Shown here piece after piece: positions 40,063 to 53,407 of a stretch of 64,000 nucleotides of DNA. Numbering within the stretch: position 1 is the first letter of the stretch; the number at the start of each line of letters is the position of its first letter. The translations under genes were made by a program, and so were the position numbers. Below the pieces are notes generated by a model, which saw only the letters and a list, made by a program, of their open reading frames with translations, was not told where the DNA came from and ran no database searches. The DNA comes from a bacterium (GTDB taxonomy: Bacteria; Patescibacteriota; Minisyncoccia; UBA6257; HR35), in contig JBEQAR010000004.1 in the NCBI GenBank assembly GCA_041640295.1, positions 3,128 through 67,127 of the forward strand, given 5' to 3'.

Positions 40063-40743
40063 TTAACCAAAATTTAAAAGGGAAGCGCAAATAAAAAAAA
40101 CTGTTTCTGTTCGTAAATTTGTTTGACCTAAACTAACAAATTGGCTATTTTTATTTTTTAAAATTTCCAATTCTTTATTTGAAAACCCTCCTTCTGGTCC
40201 GATTAATAAAGAAATAGAGTGAGGAAAAATAATTTCGTTTATTGGTTTTCCGTTTTTTTCTAAAACATAAATATTCTTAGGGACATCTTTTAAATTAATA
40301 GGCAAACCAATTTCTGGTAAATAATTCCAATCACCAATTTCTAAACCTTTATACATTATTTTTAGCCATCGCTCAGAAACTTCATCGCTTATCCAAGGAC
40401 TTCTTTCGGTTTTAACTGGAATAATTTTTTTAACGCCCAATTCAAAACTTTTGCTTAAAATTAATTCAAAATTTTCTTTTTTAATAAAACTAAGATAAAA
40501 AAATAATTCTTTAGGTGGCAATAAATTTCTAATAATTGATTCTTGAAATTCAAAAATTAACTTATTTTTGCTCCGTTCTTTTAAAGTGTAATAACCCTCA
40601 AATAAATCTTTACCGATAAAAATTAAACTTTCGCCCAATTCTAAACGGTAAACTTTAATAATTCTTGAGATGATTTCTTGGTCTGTAATTTTTAATAATT
40701 GATTATTAGCTAAATTTTGATCAAGAAAAATTTTTCTTTTCAT
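40063..40743 (-). CDS. rsmE: 16S rRNA (uracil1498-N3)-methyltransferase
   Basis: ELGVKKIIPVKTERS, LIGPEGGFS, SLG..NLRTET. Confidence 0.9.
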   Translation of the reverse strand: MKRKIFLDQNLANNQLLKITDQEIISRIIKVYRLELGESLIFIGKDLFEGYYTLKERSKNKLIFEFQESIIRNLLPPKELFFYLSFIKKENFELILSKSFELGVKKIIPVKTERSPWISDEVSERWLKIMYKGLEIGDWNYLPEIGLPINLKDVPKNIYVLEKNGKPINEIIFPHSISLLIGPEGGFSNKELEILKNKNSQFVSLGQTNLRTETVFFICASLLNFG

Positions 40744-41429
40744 TTACAAATAGTTAAAGCAATAATATTTTTACACCCTTTATCTTTAAGAACTTTAGCT
40801 AACTCAAAGATAGTACTACCAGTGGTGATAATATCGTCAACAATTATTAAATTTTGGGGTGGCGGTTGATTAACGGCAAAACAATCTTTAATATTTATCA
40901 ATCTTTGATGATAATCTAATTTAGCTTGATATTCTGTTTCCTTAATTTTTTTAATGCCTTTAAAAATTGGTAAATTTAAATTGCGAGCAATTTTTTTAGC
41001 AAGAACTTCAGATTGGTTAAATCCGCGAAGTTTTTCTATTTTCTTACTTAAGGGAACATATGTTAGAGAAAAATTTTTAAGATTTAATATTTTTAGTTTT
41101 TCTGAAATTAATTCCCCCCACCAGAGAAATATTCGCCAATAGTTATTAAATTTACCATCAATAATTAATTGCGCTATAGGTAAATTTTGATAATCATTGA
41201 AGGTAATTAAAGTTTTTACTAAATTACTGCAACAAACTGAAGTTAATTTTTCATCAATTGGTTTTCTTCTTTGACATTTAGGGCAAAAAAGAAATAAATC
41301 AAAATTTAATTTTTGCAAGCAATTATTACATAAATAAGATGAATTTAAAAAATTTAAGCATTGATAGCAGAAATAAGGAAATAAAAAATTTTCAGAAATG
41401 TTATATAATTTTCTTATTATGTTTAACAT
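40740..41429 (-). CDS. comF: ComF family competence phosphoribosyltransferase-like protein
   Basis: N-terminal Cys zinc ribbons, RGFNQSE, IVDDIITTGST. Confidence 0.9.
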   Translation of the reverse strand: MLNIIRKLYNISENFLFPYFCYQCLNFLNSSYLCNNCLQKLNFDLFLFCPKCQRRKPIDEKLTSVCCSNLVKTLITFNDYQNLPIAQLIIDGKFNNYWRIFLWWGELISEKLKILNLKNFSLTYVPLSKKIEKLRGFNQSEVLAKKIARNLNLPIFKGIKKIKETEYQAKLDYHQRLINIKDCFAVNQPPPQNLIIVDDIITTGSTIFELAKVLKDKGCKNIIALTICK

Positions 41430-42471
41430 TTTTGGTTCAAAAAAAATTTTAGGCGTAGATTTGGGTTCAAAGAATATTAAAATAGCTGAGATAGAAAAAT
41501 ATAAAAACTCTTTTATTTTAACTAATTATATTATAATTGAACTTGAAGGTGGCGAGAGGATATCATCCTTATTAGAAACTTCACAGATTTATGAGGAGAA
41601 TTTATCCAAAATTTTAGAAAATGGATTTAAAGAATTTAAAATCAAAGATGTAGTTTATTCAGTTTCTATTTTTTATTATTTTTATACGAATTTCTCTTTA
41701 CCCTATATTCCACCCAATGCTCTGAAGAATGCAATTAATTTTGAATATCGGAAGTATATCCCTGTTGGTTATGAAAAATTTCAAATAGAGTGGCGTAATA
41801 TTAAACACTCACCCTTCAATTTAGAAGGGCAAGATAAATGGTTAATTTTTTTTACCGCTATACCCGAAAGTTATTTAAACAAAATTAAAAATATCTCCCA
41901 ATTAGCTAAAGTAAGATTTCAAAAAGCCTACCCCGAATTTTTAACTCTCGAACCATTTTTTAAAGAAAATAAAGAAAATATTATTTTGATTGATATTGGT
42001 TATTCTTATTCTTATGCTGTTTTAATAAAAGAAAATCAAGTTATCAATGCTAAAAAATTTAATTTAACCACAAAGAATATTATTGATACTTTAATGAATC
42101 TTCTAAGTGTTGGTCATCAGGAAGCTGAAGATTTTTTTATTAAGAAAGGTTTTCAAATTGCTCCCGAAGAACTTGATTTAAAAAAAGCTTTAGGAGAAAT
42201 TATTGACAATTTTTCTTCTCAGGTTTTAAGCTTAAAAGAAAGTTGGGAAGCAACATTTGGTACAAAAATTAGCTTAATTTATCTGACCGGCGGCTTAAGT
42301 TTGGCTAAGGGATTATTAGATGTTGTTAGTACTAAAATACCCAATATTTCCTTTGCAATTTTTAATCCTTTAGAGAAAAACATTATTCCTGGTGATAATA
42401 TTCAGAATCGATTGAATGGTTCGGTTTTAGTTCAGGCAATGGGTTCTTGTCTAAAATTTTTCTTAAGTTAA
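41419..42471 (+). CDS. pilM: Type IV pilus assembly protein PilM
   Basis: LGVDLGSKNIKIAE, LIDIG, IYLTGG actin-like fold; first gene of pil cluster; ATG 41419 preferred over 41398. Confidence 0.85.
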   Translation: MFNIFGSKKILGVDLGSKNIKIAEIEKYKNSFILTNYIIIELEGGERISSLLETSQIYEENLSKILENGFKEFKIKDVVYSVSIFYYFYTNFSLPYIPPNALKNAINFEYRKYIPVGYEKFQIEWRNIKHSPFNLEGQDKWLIFFTAIPESYLNKIKNISQLAKVRFQKAYPEFLTLEPFFKENKENIILIDIGYSYSYAVLIKENQVINAKKFNLTTKNIIDTLMNLLSVGHQEAEDFFIKKGFQIAPEELDLKKALGEIIDNFSSQVLSLKESWEATFGTKISLIYLTGGLSLAKGLLDVVSTKIPNISFAIFNPLEKNIIPGDNIQNRLNGSVLVQAMGSCLKFFLS

Positions 42472-42490
42472 AATATTAATAAATAAAGAT

Positions 42491-42994
42491 ATGTTTAAAA
42501 ATATTTGGGAATTAATACCACATCGTTTATTTTATTTTTTGGTTATTGGTTTGATTTTAAGTTATGTTGGAAGTTATAGTTTAGATTATTTAACTAAAAT
42601 TAACAATAGAAAGATTAATGAATTAAAAGCTGAGATTGAAAATATCAAATCACAATATTCAGAACAAGTTAATACTGAAGCTTATCAAGCCTTAATGCAC
42701 TTTTTATCCCTTAAATATTTAATAGATCAAAAAAAATCTATCCTACCTTTAATTCAACAACCACCGAGATATTTACCTAAATTTCTTAAAATTACATCAG
42801 TTTCAATTGAAAATCAAACCAATAAAATTAAATTAACCGGTCAAGTTAATGGTTGGGTAAATTATTCAAGATTGATTAATTATTTTGAATCCCAAAATAA
42901 TATTTTTAAAGATTTTAAAATTGAAAGTTATTCTTTTGATAATTCAACTGGATTAATTAATGTCAATTTAAGTTTTATTTATAATATCCAATGA
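42491..42994 (+). CDS. PilN-like pilus alignment protein
   Basis: TM + coiled coil + small beta domain; position after pilM. Confidence 0.6.
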   Translation: MFKNIWELIPHRLFYFLVIGLILSYVGSYSLDYLTKINNRKINELKAEIENIKSQYSEQVNTEAYQALMHFLSLKYLIDQKKSILPLIQQPPRYLPKFLKITSVSIENQTNKIKLTGQVNGWVNYSRLINYFESQNNIFKDFKIESYSFDNSTGLINVNLSFIYNIQ

Positions 42995-43551
42995 GGTTGT
43001 TAATTAATTTAATTTTTATAATTTTATTTTTCTTCTTTATTAATTCAGTATTTACTTCTTTGATTCCTTCGTATAAAAATTATCTGTCATCAGCTAAAGC
43101 AAAAAATGAAATTGAAAATGAATTAATTAAAACAAAAGCAATTGAGGAACAATTTAAATTTTTACAATCCAAAAGCGTTGCTGACATCTTAAAAATAAAA
43201 AAAGCAAATTTTTTTGATTATTTTTTACCCTCAAAATTCATTGATTATGAATTAACAATGTTTATTAATCAAATTTTTTATATTAGTAATTTTCCTCAGC
43301 CCAATATTTATTCTTTTAACAAAACAGAATTCACCCACCCTGAGTTTAAAAAAGCAAAAATGACTAAATTTAGTTTTTCAGTCAGTGAAAAAAGTAATTT
43401 AGATGATTTGATAAAATTAATTAATAATTTAGAAAATAGTAGTCGAATTTTTGTTATTGAATCTATTAATTTTAGCCCAGCTTCTGAAGGAAATGTTATT
43501 AATGCTAGTTTAAATATTTCAACTTATTACTACAATTATCAACAACAATGA
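42991..43551 (+). CDS. PilO-like pilus alignment protein
   Basis: TM + coiled coil, LINNLENSSRIFVIESINF motif. Confidence 0.65.
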   Translation: MRLLINLIFIILFFFFINSVFTSLIPSYKNYLSSAKAKNEIENELIKTKAIEEQFKFLQSKSVADILKIKKANFFDYFLPSKFIDYELTMFINQIFYISNFPQPNIYSFNKTEFTHPEFKKAKMTKFSFSVSEKSNLDDLIKLINNLENSSRIFVIESINFSPASEGNVINASLNISTYYYNYQQQ

Positions 43552-43841
43552 AATTTGATAATTTATTAAAATTCAAAGCTTTTAATTTAATTTCGTTAAT
43601 TTTAAGCCTGGTTATTTTAGGAGCAATTATCTATATTGCTTTTTGGGAATTAAATATTTTTAAAAAGGAAAAAGAAATTCCATTAGAAATTAAAGAAATA
43701 GAAAATGAATTAACTATTCTTTCAAAGTTAAATTTAACTTTATTATCTGAAGAGTTAAGGTCTAAATTACCCCAACCTCAGGTTTTATCTCAACCAACTA
43801 TCTCTCCTGATATGATAGGTAAAAATAATTGGTTTGAATAA
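43548..43841 (+). CDS. Small membrane protein in pil operon
   Basis: N-terminal TM, C-terminal GKNNWF; ATGA-coupled. Confidence 0.6.
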   Translation: MKFDNLLKFKAFNLISLILSLVILGAIIYIAFWELNIFKKEKEIPLEIKEIENELTILSKLNLTLLSEELRSKLPQPQVLSQPTISPDMIGKNNWFE

Positions 43842-43854
43842 AAGTTAAGTAATA

Positions 43855-45573
43855 ATGACTTTTAACGAATTTTTAAAAGAAAAATTAAAAGATAAGATAG
43901 AAAATATCGACGAGTTAATTAAAGAAGCAGAAAAAAATAAGATATATATAGAAGAATTTTTTTATCGTTTGGGCTTATTAGATGATAACTTTTTGGATTT
44001 AAAGGCTGAATTTTATAAATTGCCTGCTAAAAAATTTCTTTATGACGAGCAAATCCCTTCAGAAATTTTAAATTTAATTTCTGAGGATTTTTCTAAACAA
44101 CGACAGGTGATAGCTTTTGATAAAAAAGAAGATGGTATTTATATCGGTGTTGTTAATCCTGAAATTCCACCCTTGATGGAAACTGTTAATTATTTACAAT
44201 CCACCTATAATCAAGAAATTAAAACTTTTCTTATTTCAATTAAAGATTATTTTTTAATTTTTAGACAATATCATAAATTTTCCGATGTATTAAAAGAAAT
44301 TTTGTTTTCACTGAGAAAAACAAAACCATTAATTACTGAAGCGGAAATTGTTAAATTGGAAGAAGAATTATTACCCACAGAAGAAGCACCGGTTATTAAA
44401 TTAGTCCAATCATTAATTGAAGAAGCTGTCTATTTACAAGCTTCAGACATTCATATTGAACCACTTTCTCGCAAATTAAAAATTAGATTTCGTCTTTTGG
44501 GTGATTTAAAAACAATTGCTTATTTACCAAAAGACTTACATCAACAAATAACTAATCGTATAAAAGTCTTAGCTAAACTAAAATTAGATGAATCTCGTAT
44601 TCCTCAAGATGGACGAATTAGGGTCTTTGTTCATGGTCGAGAAATAGACTTAAGGATAGGTATATTTCCAACAATTGAAGGAGAAAAAGTCGAAATTAGA
44701 ATCTTAGATCCTTTAGTTGGGTTGAAAAAAATATCTGGATTAGGAGTTTTAAATTATCATGAAAATAAATTGAATGAAGGGATTAAAAGTCCTTATGGAT
44801 TAATTTTAATTACTGGCCCAACTGGCTCTGGAAAAACAACTACTCTCTATGCTATTTTACAAGAATTGGCTAATGAAAAAATAAATATTGTTAGTTTAGA
44901 AGATCCAGTTGAATATCGATTAGATGGAATAAATCAATCTCAAGTTAGACCAGAAATTAATTATACTTTCGCTAATGGCTTAAGAAGTATTTTAAGGCAA
45001 GACCCTGATGTTATTTTTGTTGGTGAAGTAAGAGATTTAGAAACTGCTGATTTATGTATACATGCTTCTCTTACGGGTCACTTAGTTTTATCAACGCTTC
45101 ATACTAATACTGCTATTGGTGCTATTTCAAGATTAATTGATTTAGGTATAGAAAGGTTTTTACTGCCAGAAACAATTAGATTAATTATAAGCCAAAGATT
45201 AGCTAAAAGATTGTGTGATAATTGTAAAAAGGAAATTGAACCACCTCAAGATATTAAAAAAATAATTTTAGAAAATTTAACAGATGTTGATAAAGAAATT
45301 ATTTCTAATTTAAATATTGATATTAATAATCCTAAAATTTATCATCCTGAAGGTTGTGAAAGATGTAATTATCGCGGATATATTGGTAGAAGTGGTATTT
45401 TTGAAATTGTAATTATGACTGATGAGTTGAGGAATGCTGTTTATGAAGGAAAAAAAATTGATGAAATTGAAAAACTTTTAAAAAATCAAAAATTTGTTAG
45501 TTTAAGGCAAGATGGAATTATTAAATCTTTGATAGGTTGGTTTACTATTGAAGAAATTATAAAAATAACTTAA
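43855..45573 (+). CDS. pilB: Type IV pilus extension ATPase (GspE/PilB)
   Basis: ASDIHIEP, PQDGR, GPTGSGKTTT, LRQDPD, tetracysteine motif. Confidence 0.92.
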   Translation: MTFNEFLKEKLKDKIENIDELIKEAEKNKIYIEEFFYRLGLLDDNFLDLKAEFYKLPAKKFLYDEQIPSEILNLISEDFSKQRQVIAFDKKEDGIYIGVVNPEIPPLMETVNYLQSTYNQEIKTFLISIKDYFLIFRQYHKFSDVLKEILFSLRKTKPLITEAEIVKLEEELLPTEEAPVIKLVQSLIEEAVYLQASDIHIEPLSRKLKIRFRLLGDLKTIAYLPKDLHQQITNRIKVLAKLKLDESRIPQDGRIRVFVHGREIDLRIGIFPTIEGEKVEIRILDPLVGLKKISGLGVLNYHENKLNEGIKSPYGLILITGPTGSGKTTTLYAILQELANEKINIVSLEDPVEYRLDGINQSQVRPEINYTFANGLRSILRQDPDVIFVGEVRDLETADLCIHASLTGHLVLSTLHTNTAIGAISRLIDLGIERFLLPETIRLIISQRLAKRLCDNCKKEIEPPQDIKKIILENLTDVDKEIISNLNIDINNPKIYHPEGCERCNYRGYIGRSGIFEIVIMTDELRNAVYEGKKIDEIEKLLKNQKFVSLRQDGIIKSLIGWFTIEEIIKIT

Positions 45574-45584
45574 AATTTTAAAAA

Positions 45585-46646
45585 ATGAATGAAAAATTAA
45601 AAAGAATTTTTTATATTGCTTCTCAAAGAAATGCTTCTGATGTTCATATTACTCCAGTAAGATACCCAACCTTAAGAATAGATGGTAATTTGCTTACTTT
45701 AAATGAGGAAGGAATTATTTCTTCAAGTGAATCAAAAGAATTATTATTTTCTTTATTAACTGAAGAACAAAGAAACTATTTATTAAAATACAAAGATTTA
45801 GATTTTTCTTTTAATATTGATGATAAAATAAGGATTCGGGCCAATATCTATTTTCAAAATAATGGTTTAGCAGGAGCTTTTCGATTAATTACTACCGAAA
45901 TCAAAACTATTGAAGAATTAAATTTACCCCCCATACTACATGAATTTATTAAAAGAAAACAGGGTTTAATACTGATTACTGGTCCAGCAGGCGTTGGTAA
46001 ATCAACCACTTTAGCTGCTCTAATTGATGAAATAAATCACACCCGACCAGCTCATATTATTACTATTGAAGAACCAATTGAATATATCTTTATCCCAGAT
46101 TTAGCTTTAATTTCCCAAAGAGAGATACCAAGAGATTCTCCTACTTGGCATCGAGCTTTAAGGGCAGCATTGAGAGAAGATCCAGATATTATTATGATTG
46201 GTGAATTAAGAGATGAAGTTTCAATTCAAATTGCCTTAACTGCTGCTGAAACAGGTCATTTAGTTTTAGGTACTCTTCATACTAATTCAGCTTCCCAAAC
46301 AATTGATAGAATTTTGGATGTTTTACCTGAAGATAAGAAAAATCAGGCGAGATATCAACTTGCGTCAACATTAGTTGGTATTATTTCCCAAAGATTAGTA
46401 AATAGGATCAAGGGCGGTAGAATTCCTGCTTGTGAAGTTTTAATTGCTAATACTGCTGTTAAAAATCTTATCAGAGAAAATAAAATTTATCAAATAGATC
46501 TTGTTATTGAAACAAGTTTTGAATCTGGTATGTTTACTTTAGAAAGATCCTTAGCAACCTTAGTTAATTTAGGTGAAGTAAGTTTAGAAACTGCTTATAA
46601 TTACGCTCTTAATATTGATAGATTAAATAATTTGTTAAAAAGATAA
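45585..46646 (+). CDS. pilT: Type IV pilus retraction ATPase
   Basis: ASDVH, GPAGVGKSTT, ALREDPD, AAETGHLV, NLIRE. Confidence 0.92.
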   Translation: MNEKLKRIFYIASQRNASDVHITPVRYPTLRIDGNLLTLNEEGIISSSESKELLFSLLTEEQRNYLLKYKDLDFSFNIDDKIRIRANIYFQNNGLAGAFRLITTEIKTIEELNLPPILHEFIKRKQGLILITGPAGVGKSTTLAALIDEINHTRPAHIITIEEPIEYIFIPDLALISQREIPRDSPTWHRALRAALREDPDIIMIGELRDEVSIQIALTAAETGHLVLGTLHTNSASQTIDRILDVLPEDKKNQARYQLASTLVGIISQRLVNRIKGGRIPACEVLIANTAVKNLIRENKIYQIDLVIETSFESGMFTLERSLATLVNLGEVSLETAYNYALNIDRLNNLLKR

Positions 46647-46661
46647 TTTCAATAAAATAAA

Positions 46662-47867
46662 ATGAAATTTGAATTTAGGGGTTTTGATCGCGATGGTAAT
46701 TTTAAAACTGGGATAATAGAGGCTGCTAATCAACAAGAGGCTATTTCTTTACTTCAAAATCAAGGATTAGTAGTAACTTATATTAGCAAACCAACTGTTC
46801 CTAAATTTTTAATTACTTTTTCTAAAATTTCTTTATTAGATTTAGCTTTTTTTTGTAGTTCTTTTAAATTTTTACTTAAATCAAGAACACCTCTTGATGA
46901 AGCAGTTAAAACCTTATCCTATCAAGTTACTAAACCAAGATTTAAAACCATTCTAGAAGATATTTACCAGCAAATTATTAGTGGTTTACCATTATCTGAA
47001 GCTTTAGAGAAATATCCAGAAACATTCCCTAAATCAATGACTAAGTTAATTAAAATAGGAGAAGTGGCAGGAAAACTTGAAGAAGTTTTTGATAATTTAG
47101 CAGAATATTTTGAAAATCAACACAAACTTCTTAGTAAGGTTATACAATCTTTATATTATCCAGTAATTGTTATTTTAATTTTTCTTGCAACAATGGCTTT
47201 TATATTTTTTCAAGTTGTACCCCAAATTAGTAAGCTTTTTATAGAAAATGGAATTGCTCTTCCCGCTGTTACTCAAAAATTTTTAACTATTTCTAATTTT
47301 TTATTTTCTTATTGGTATTATATTTTAGCAGGTTTAATTATTTTTAATTATATTTTGATAGAATTTTTAAAAACAGATGACGGAAAGCTTTTTCTATATA
47401 ACTTTTTTGTTAATGTTCCAATAGTTGGTGTTCTATTGAAAGAAATCTATATTATTGCCTTTTTGCAATCATTAATTTTTCTTATTAAAGGAGGACTTCC
47501 ACTTTCTGAAAGTTTAGAAATTGTTGCTAATAGTATTACTAATCCTTATTATAAAAATGCTATTAGTTATTTAGCCGAAGAAACAAGACGAGGTAAACCA
47601 GTTTCTGAAGCTATCAAAATTTTCCCTGATTTATTTCCACCTTTTGTTGTTCAATCTTTTGCTACAGGAGAAAAAACTGGTGAATTATCTAATACCTTAG
47701 GAACAATTTTAGAATATTATAATTTAGATGTTAATAATAAAACTGCTAATTTGGGTGAGGCAATTCAACCAATAATCATTATTGTTTTAGCTATTGGTTT
47801 AATTTTTATTGAACTTTCTTTAATTATTCCTATTTCTGAATTAGCTAAAACAATTAGACAATTTTAG
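46662..47867 (+). CDS. pilC: Type IV pilus platform protein (GspF/PilC)
   Basis: Two GspF repeats (GEVAGKL, GEKTGEL) with TM segments. Confidence 0.9.
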   Translation: MKFEFRGFDRDGNFKTGIIEAANQQEAISLLQNQGLVVTYISKPTVPKFLITFSKISLLDLAFFCSSFKFLLKSRTPLDEAVKTLSYQVTKPRFKTILEDIYQQIISGLPLSEALEKYPETFPKSMTKLIKIGEVAGKLEEVFDNLAEYFENQHKLLSKVIQSLYYPVIVILIFLATMAFIFFQVVPQISKLFIENGIALPAVTQKFLTISNFLFSYWYYILAGLIIFNYILIEFLKTDDGKLFLYNFFVNVPIVGVLLKEIYIIAFLQSLIFLIKGGLPLSESLEIVANSITNPYYKNAISYLAEETRRGKPVSEAIKIFPDLFPPFVVQSFATGEKTGELSNTLGTILEYYNLDVNNKTANLGEAIQPIIIIVLAIGLIFIELSLIIPISELAKTIRQF

Positions 47868-47876
47868 TTATCCACA
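47868..47876 (+). promoter_or_regulatory. Perfect DnaA box upstream of the major pilin promoter
   Basis: TTATCCACA in intergenic DNA. Confidence 0.5.
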
Positions 47877-47901
47877 ATTTATGAAATTTTTACTAAATTT
47901 A

Positions 47902-47910
47902 TGATATAAT
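47902..47910 (+). promoter_or_regulatory. Extended -10 promoter of pilin gene
   Basis: TGaTATAAT. Confidence 0.55.
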
Positions 47911-47995
47911 TATTTTTGATAAACCTTATAACTCAATATTAAAATTGAAAATTGGTCGAATATTAAGAAAATTATTAAAAATTAAATAATTAAAA

Positions 47996-48547
47996 ATGAA
48001 AAACAGATATTTTAAAGCTTTTACATTAGTCGAATTAGCAGTTGTTCTTTTAGTTATTGGTATTTTAGCTGGTATTTTAATAAGAAACTATGGTGGTTTT
48101 ACTTCAGCAGCCAGAGATGCCAGAATTTTAGCTGATTTAAGGAATGTATCAACAATGTTAGCTGCTTATTATTCAAAAGCTGGTAATTTTCCCGATGTAA
48201 CAATGGCAGCTAGTAGCGCTAGCTGGACTGACCAATTTGCGGACACTTTAATAAATATGGGGGTAATTACAAACAGAAACGAATTACCGCGTCATCCTTT
48301 AAGTGGAAAATTTTATCAGTATTTTGCCTGTGATAGAGATGGCGCTAGCACTACATATTCGACTGGTAGTGCTTATATTTTAGCTGCAGATTTAGAAGCA
48401 CCAACCAGCAATGTTCAAATATATTCAGGTAGCGTAAGCGAAAACGCGGCTGTTTCATGCGTCAAGACTGACGGCTCCTCATTTAGTCAACCATCTGAGA
48501 TTAGATGTTATCCTAGTGGACAAAGATATTGTTTATATAATTACTAA
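47996..48547 (+). CDS. Type IV pilin (probable major pilin)
   Basis: KA|FTLVELAVVLLVIGILAG, ARDARILADL; own long leader. Confidence 0.88.
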   Translation: MKNRYFKAFTLVELAVVLLVIGILAGILIRNYGGFTSAARDARILADLRNVSTMLAAYYSKAGNFPDVTMAASSASWTDQFADTLINMGVITNRNELPRHPLSGKFYQYFACDRDGASTTYSTGSAYILAADLEAPTSNVQIYSGSVSENAAVSCVKTDGSSFSQPSEIRCYPSGQRYCLYNY

Positions 48548-48628
48548 AAACTAATAAAAACTAACTAATAAAAATCTAAAAATTGAAAAAAAATTTAGAC
48601 TATAATATTCAAATTAACAGAGAAAGTA

Positions 48629-49477
48629 ATGTTATTTTTTATCTTTGGTTTATTTTTAGGTAGTTTGTTGAATAATATTGCTTATCGATTAGTTAGAGGA
48701 GAAAATTTTGTTATCGGTTCATCTAAATGTGATTATTGCCAAAAAAAACTTAATTGGTATGAGCTTATACCTATTTTAAGTTATATAATTCAAAAAGGTC
48801 AATGTCGAAATTGTAAAACAAAAATTTCTTTTCGCTATCCATTAACTGAATTAATTTCTGGATTATTTGCTTATAAAATTGCTGAAAAAACATTATTGCT
48901 AAACGCTTTTAATCTAACTAATTTTATTTATTTTTTATATTTTTTATTTATTGTTTCTCTTTTATTGATTTTAGCCCTTTACGATTTAGAAACATTTTAT
49001 ATTGAAGAAAGAATTATTTATTTTGCCATTATTTTTTGGTTGATATTTATTATTTCCTTTGATTATGTTAATTTCCCACACGTTAATTTTGCTGATAGTT
49101 TTAATTATTTAATCTACTTACCCCAAACCAATATTAAAGAATATGCTTTTAATAGATTATATTTTGGTTATCTTTTGGCTTTAGGAATTGTGATTATTTT
49201 TCTTTTAACATTAGGAAAAGGAATTGGTTTAGGAGATGCTAAAATTTTATTTATTTTAGGGTTATATTTTAATTTCGGTGATATAATTTTAACCTTAGTT
49301 TTTTCAATTATTATTGGTGGAATTTTTAGTTTATTTATATTATTCAAAAAAAGAAAAACCAAACAATCAATACCCTTTGTACCTTTTATATTTATTAGTC
49401 TATTTTTAACTATTATAGCAGGCGAATTAGTATCAAATATTTTATTTGAAAATTTGATTAATCTTGATTTAAAATAA
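48629..49477 (+). CDS. pilD: Prepilin peptidase
   Basis: GSLLNNIAYR, CDYC..CRNC, YDL, GIGLGDAK, IPFVPFI. Confidence 0.92.
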   Translation: MLFFIFGLFLGSLLNNIAYRLVRGENFVIGSSKCDYCQKKLNWYELIPILSYIIQKGQCRNCKTKISFRYPLTELISGLFAYKIAEKTLLLNAFNLTNFIYFLYFLFIVSLLLILALYDLETFYIEERIIYFAIIFWLIFIISFDYVNFPHVNFADSFNYLIYLPQTNIKEYAFNRLYFGYLLALGIVIIFLLTLGKGIGLGDAKILFILGLYFNFGDIILTLVFSIIIGGIFSLFILFKKRKTKQSIPFVPFIFISLFLTIIAGELVSNILFENLINLDLK

Positions 49478-49530
49478 TTTTAGATTATTTGTTATAATTA
49501 ATCAGTAAAGAGCTTAACTTTTCAAAATAA

Positions 49531-50727
49531 ATGGAAAAAAATAATTTAATAATCTTATTATTTTTTTTGTTAGGAATTATTAGTTTATTTTTTGTTGTCG
49601 ATAATTCAATGCTGAAATTTAAATTCGGTTTAGATTTAGCTGGAGGAATTATTTTAACTTATGATGCTGATTTAAGTCAAATAAGAATTAGTGAGCAAGA
49701 AGCAACCTTATCAGCAGTAAAAGATTTAATCGAAAGAAGAATTAATACTTTGGGTTTAGCAGAAACGAGTATTAATTATAGCCGAAGCGGAAGAATTATT
49801 GTTGAGATTCCCAATGTAAAAGATTATCAAGAAGCAGTTAATTTAATTGGTCAAACACCCCTATTAGAATTCAGAGTTCCGCAAATCGTTGGTACACAAA
49901 CTGTTTTTGTTCCATCAGAGTTGACTGGTAAATATTTAAAAAGTGCTGAAGTAAGAATTAATCCTAATACTGGCTTGCCATTAGTTGCTTTAAAGTTTGA
50001 TAATCAAGGAGCTAAAATTTTCGAGCAATTAACTCAGAAATATTTAAATCAACCGATTGCTATTTATATTGATGGTCAACCAATTTCTATTCCGAATGTC
50101 AGAGAAACTATTACCGGAGGAGAAGCAGTTATCGAAGGCAATTTTACCTTAGAAGAAGCAAAAAAATTAGCCGGCAACTTACAGCAAGGAGCATTACCTG
50201 TACCATTAAAATTAATTAGTATTAATCAAGTTAATCCAAAATTAGGAATAAAATTTAAAGATTTAGCTGTTAAGGGAGGTGCAATTGGTTTTATTTTAGT
50301 TTTAGCTTTTATGATTGGCTATTATCGTCTTCAAGGTGTAATTGCTTCTATTTGTTTGTTTATTTATCTTTTAATTAATTTATTTATCTATAAACTATTC
50401 GGAGTAGTTCTTACTTTAGCTGGTATAACTGGTTTAATTTTATCAATCGGAATGGCTGTAGATGCTAATATTTTGGTTGCAGAAAGAATTAAAGAAGAAA
50501 TTAGAAGGGGATTAGAAAAAAAACAAGCAATTAAGGCGGGCTTTAGTCGGGCTTGGACATCAATTCGTGATTCTAATATTACTACCATTATTTCTGCATT
50601 ATTAGTTTATTTTTTGACTACTTCATTTGTGAGAGGATTTGCTTTGACATTACTGATTGGTGTTATAATTAGTTTTATTACTGCTTTTTATCTAACTAGA
50701 ATTCTTACAGAAAAGATTTCTAGTTAA
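49531..50727 (+). CDS. secD: Protein translocase subunit SecD
   Basis: GLDLAGG, GALPVPL, LSIGMAVDANIL..ERIKEE, DSNITT. Confidence 0.95.
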   Translation: MEKNNLIILLFFLLGIISLFFVVDNSMLKFKFGLDLAGGIILTYDADLSQIRISEQEATLSAVKDLIERRINTLGLAETSINYSRSGRIIVEIPNVKDYQEAVNLIGQTPLLEFRVPQIVGTQTVFVPSELTGKYLKSAEVRINPNTGLPLVALKFDNQGAKIFEQLTQKYLNQPIAIYIDGQPISIPNVRETITGGEAVIEGNFTLEEAKKLAGNLQQGALPVPLKLISINQVNPKLGIKFKDLAVKGGAIGFILVLAFMIGYYRLQGVIASICLFIYLLINLFIYKLFGVVLTLAGITGLILSIGMAVDANILVAERIKEEIRRGLEKKQAIKAGFSRAWTSIRDSNITTIISALLVYFLTTSFVRGFALTLLIGVIISFITAFYLTRILTEKISS

Positions 50728-50742
50728 TAATAGTTGTATAAA

Positions 50743-53317
<2,575 letters not shown>

Positions 53318-53407
53318 TTATTTTTTTATTATAAACAATAAAGAATTGATTTTGGATTGATTATTTAAAGCTTTTTACAATGATTTATATGGATTCTATT
53401 GTTATGG

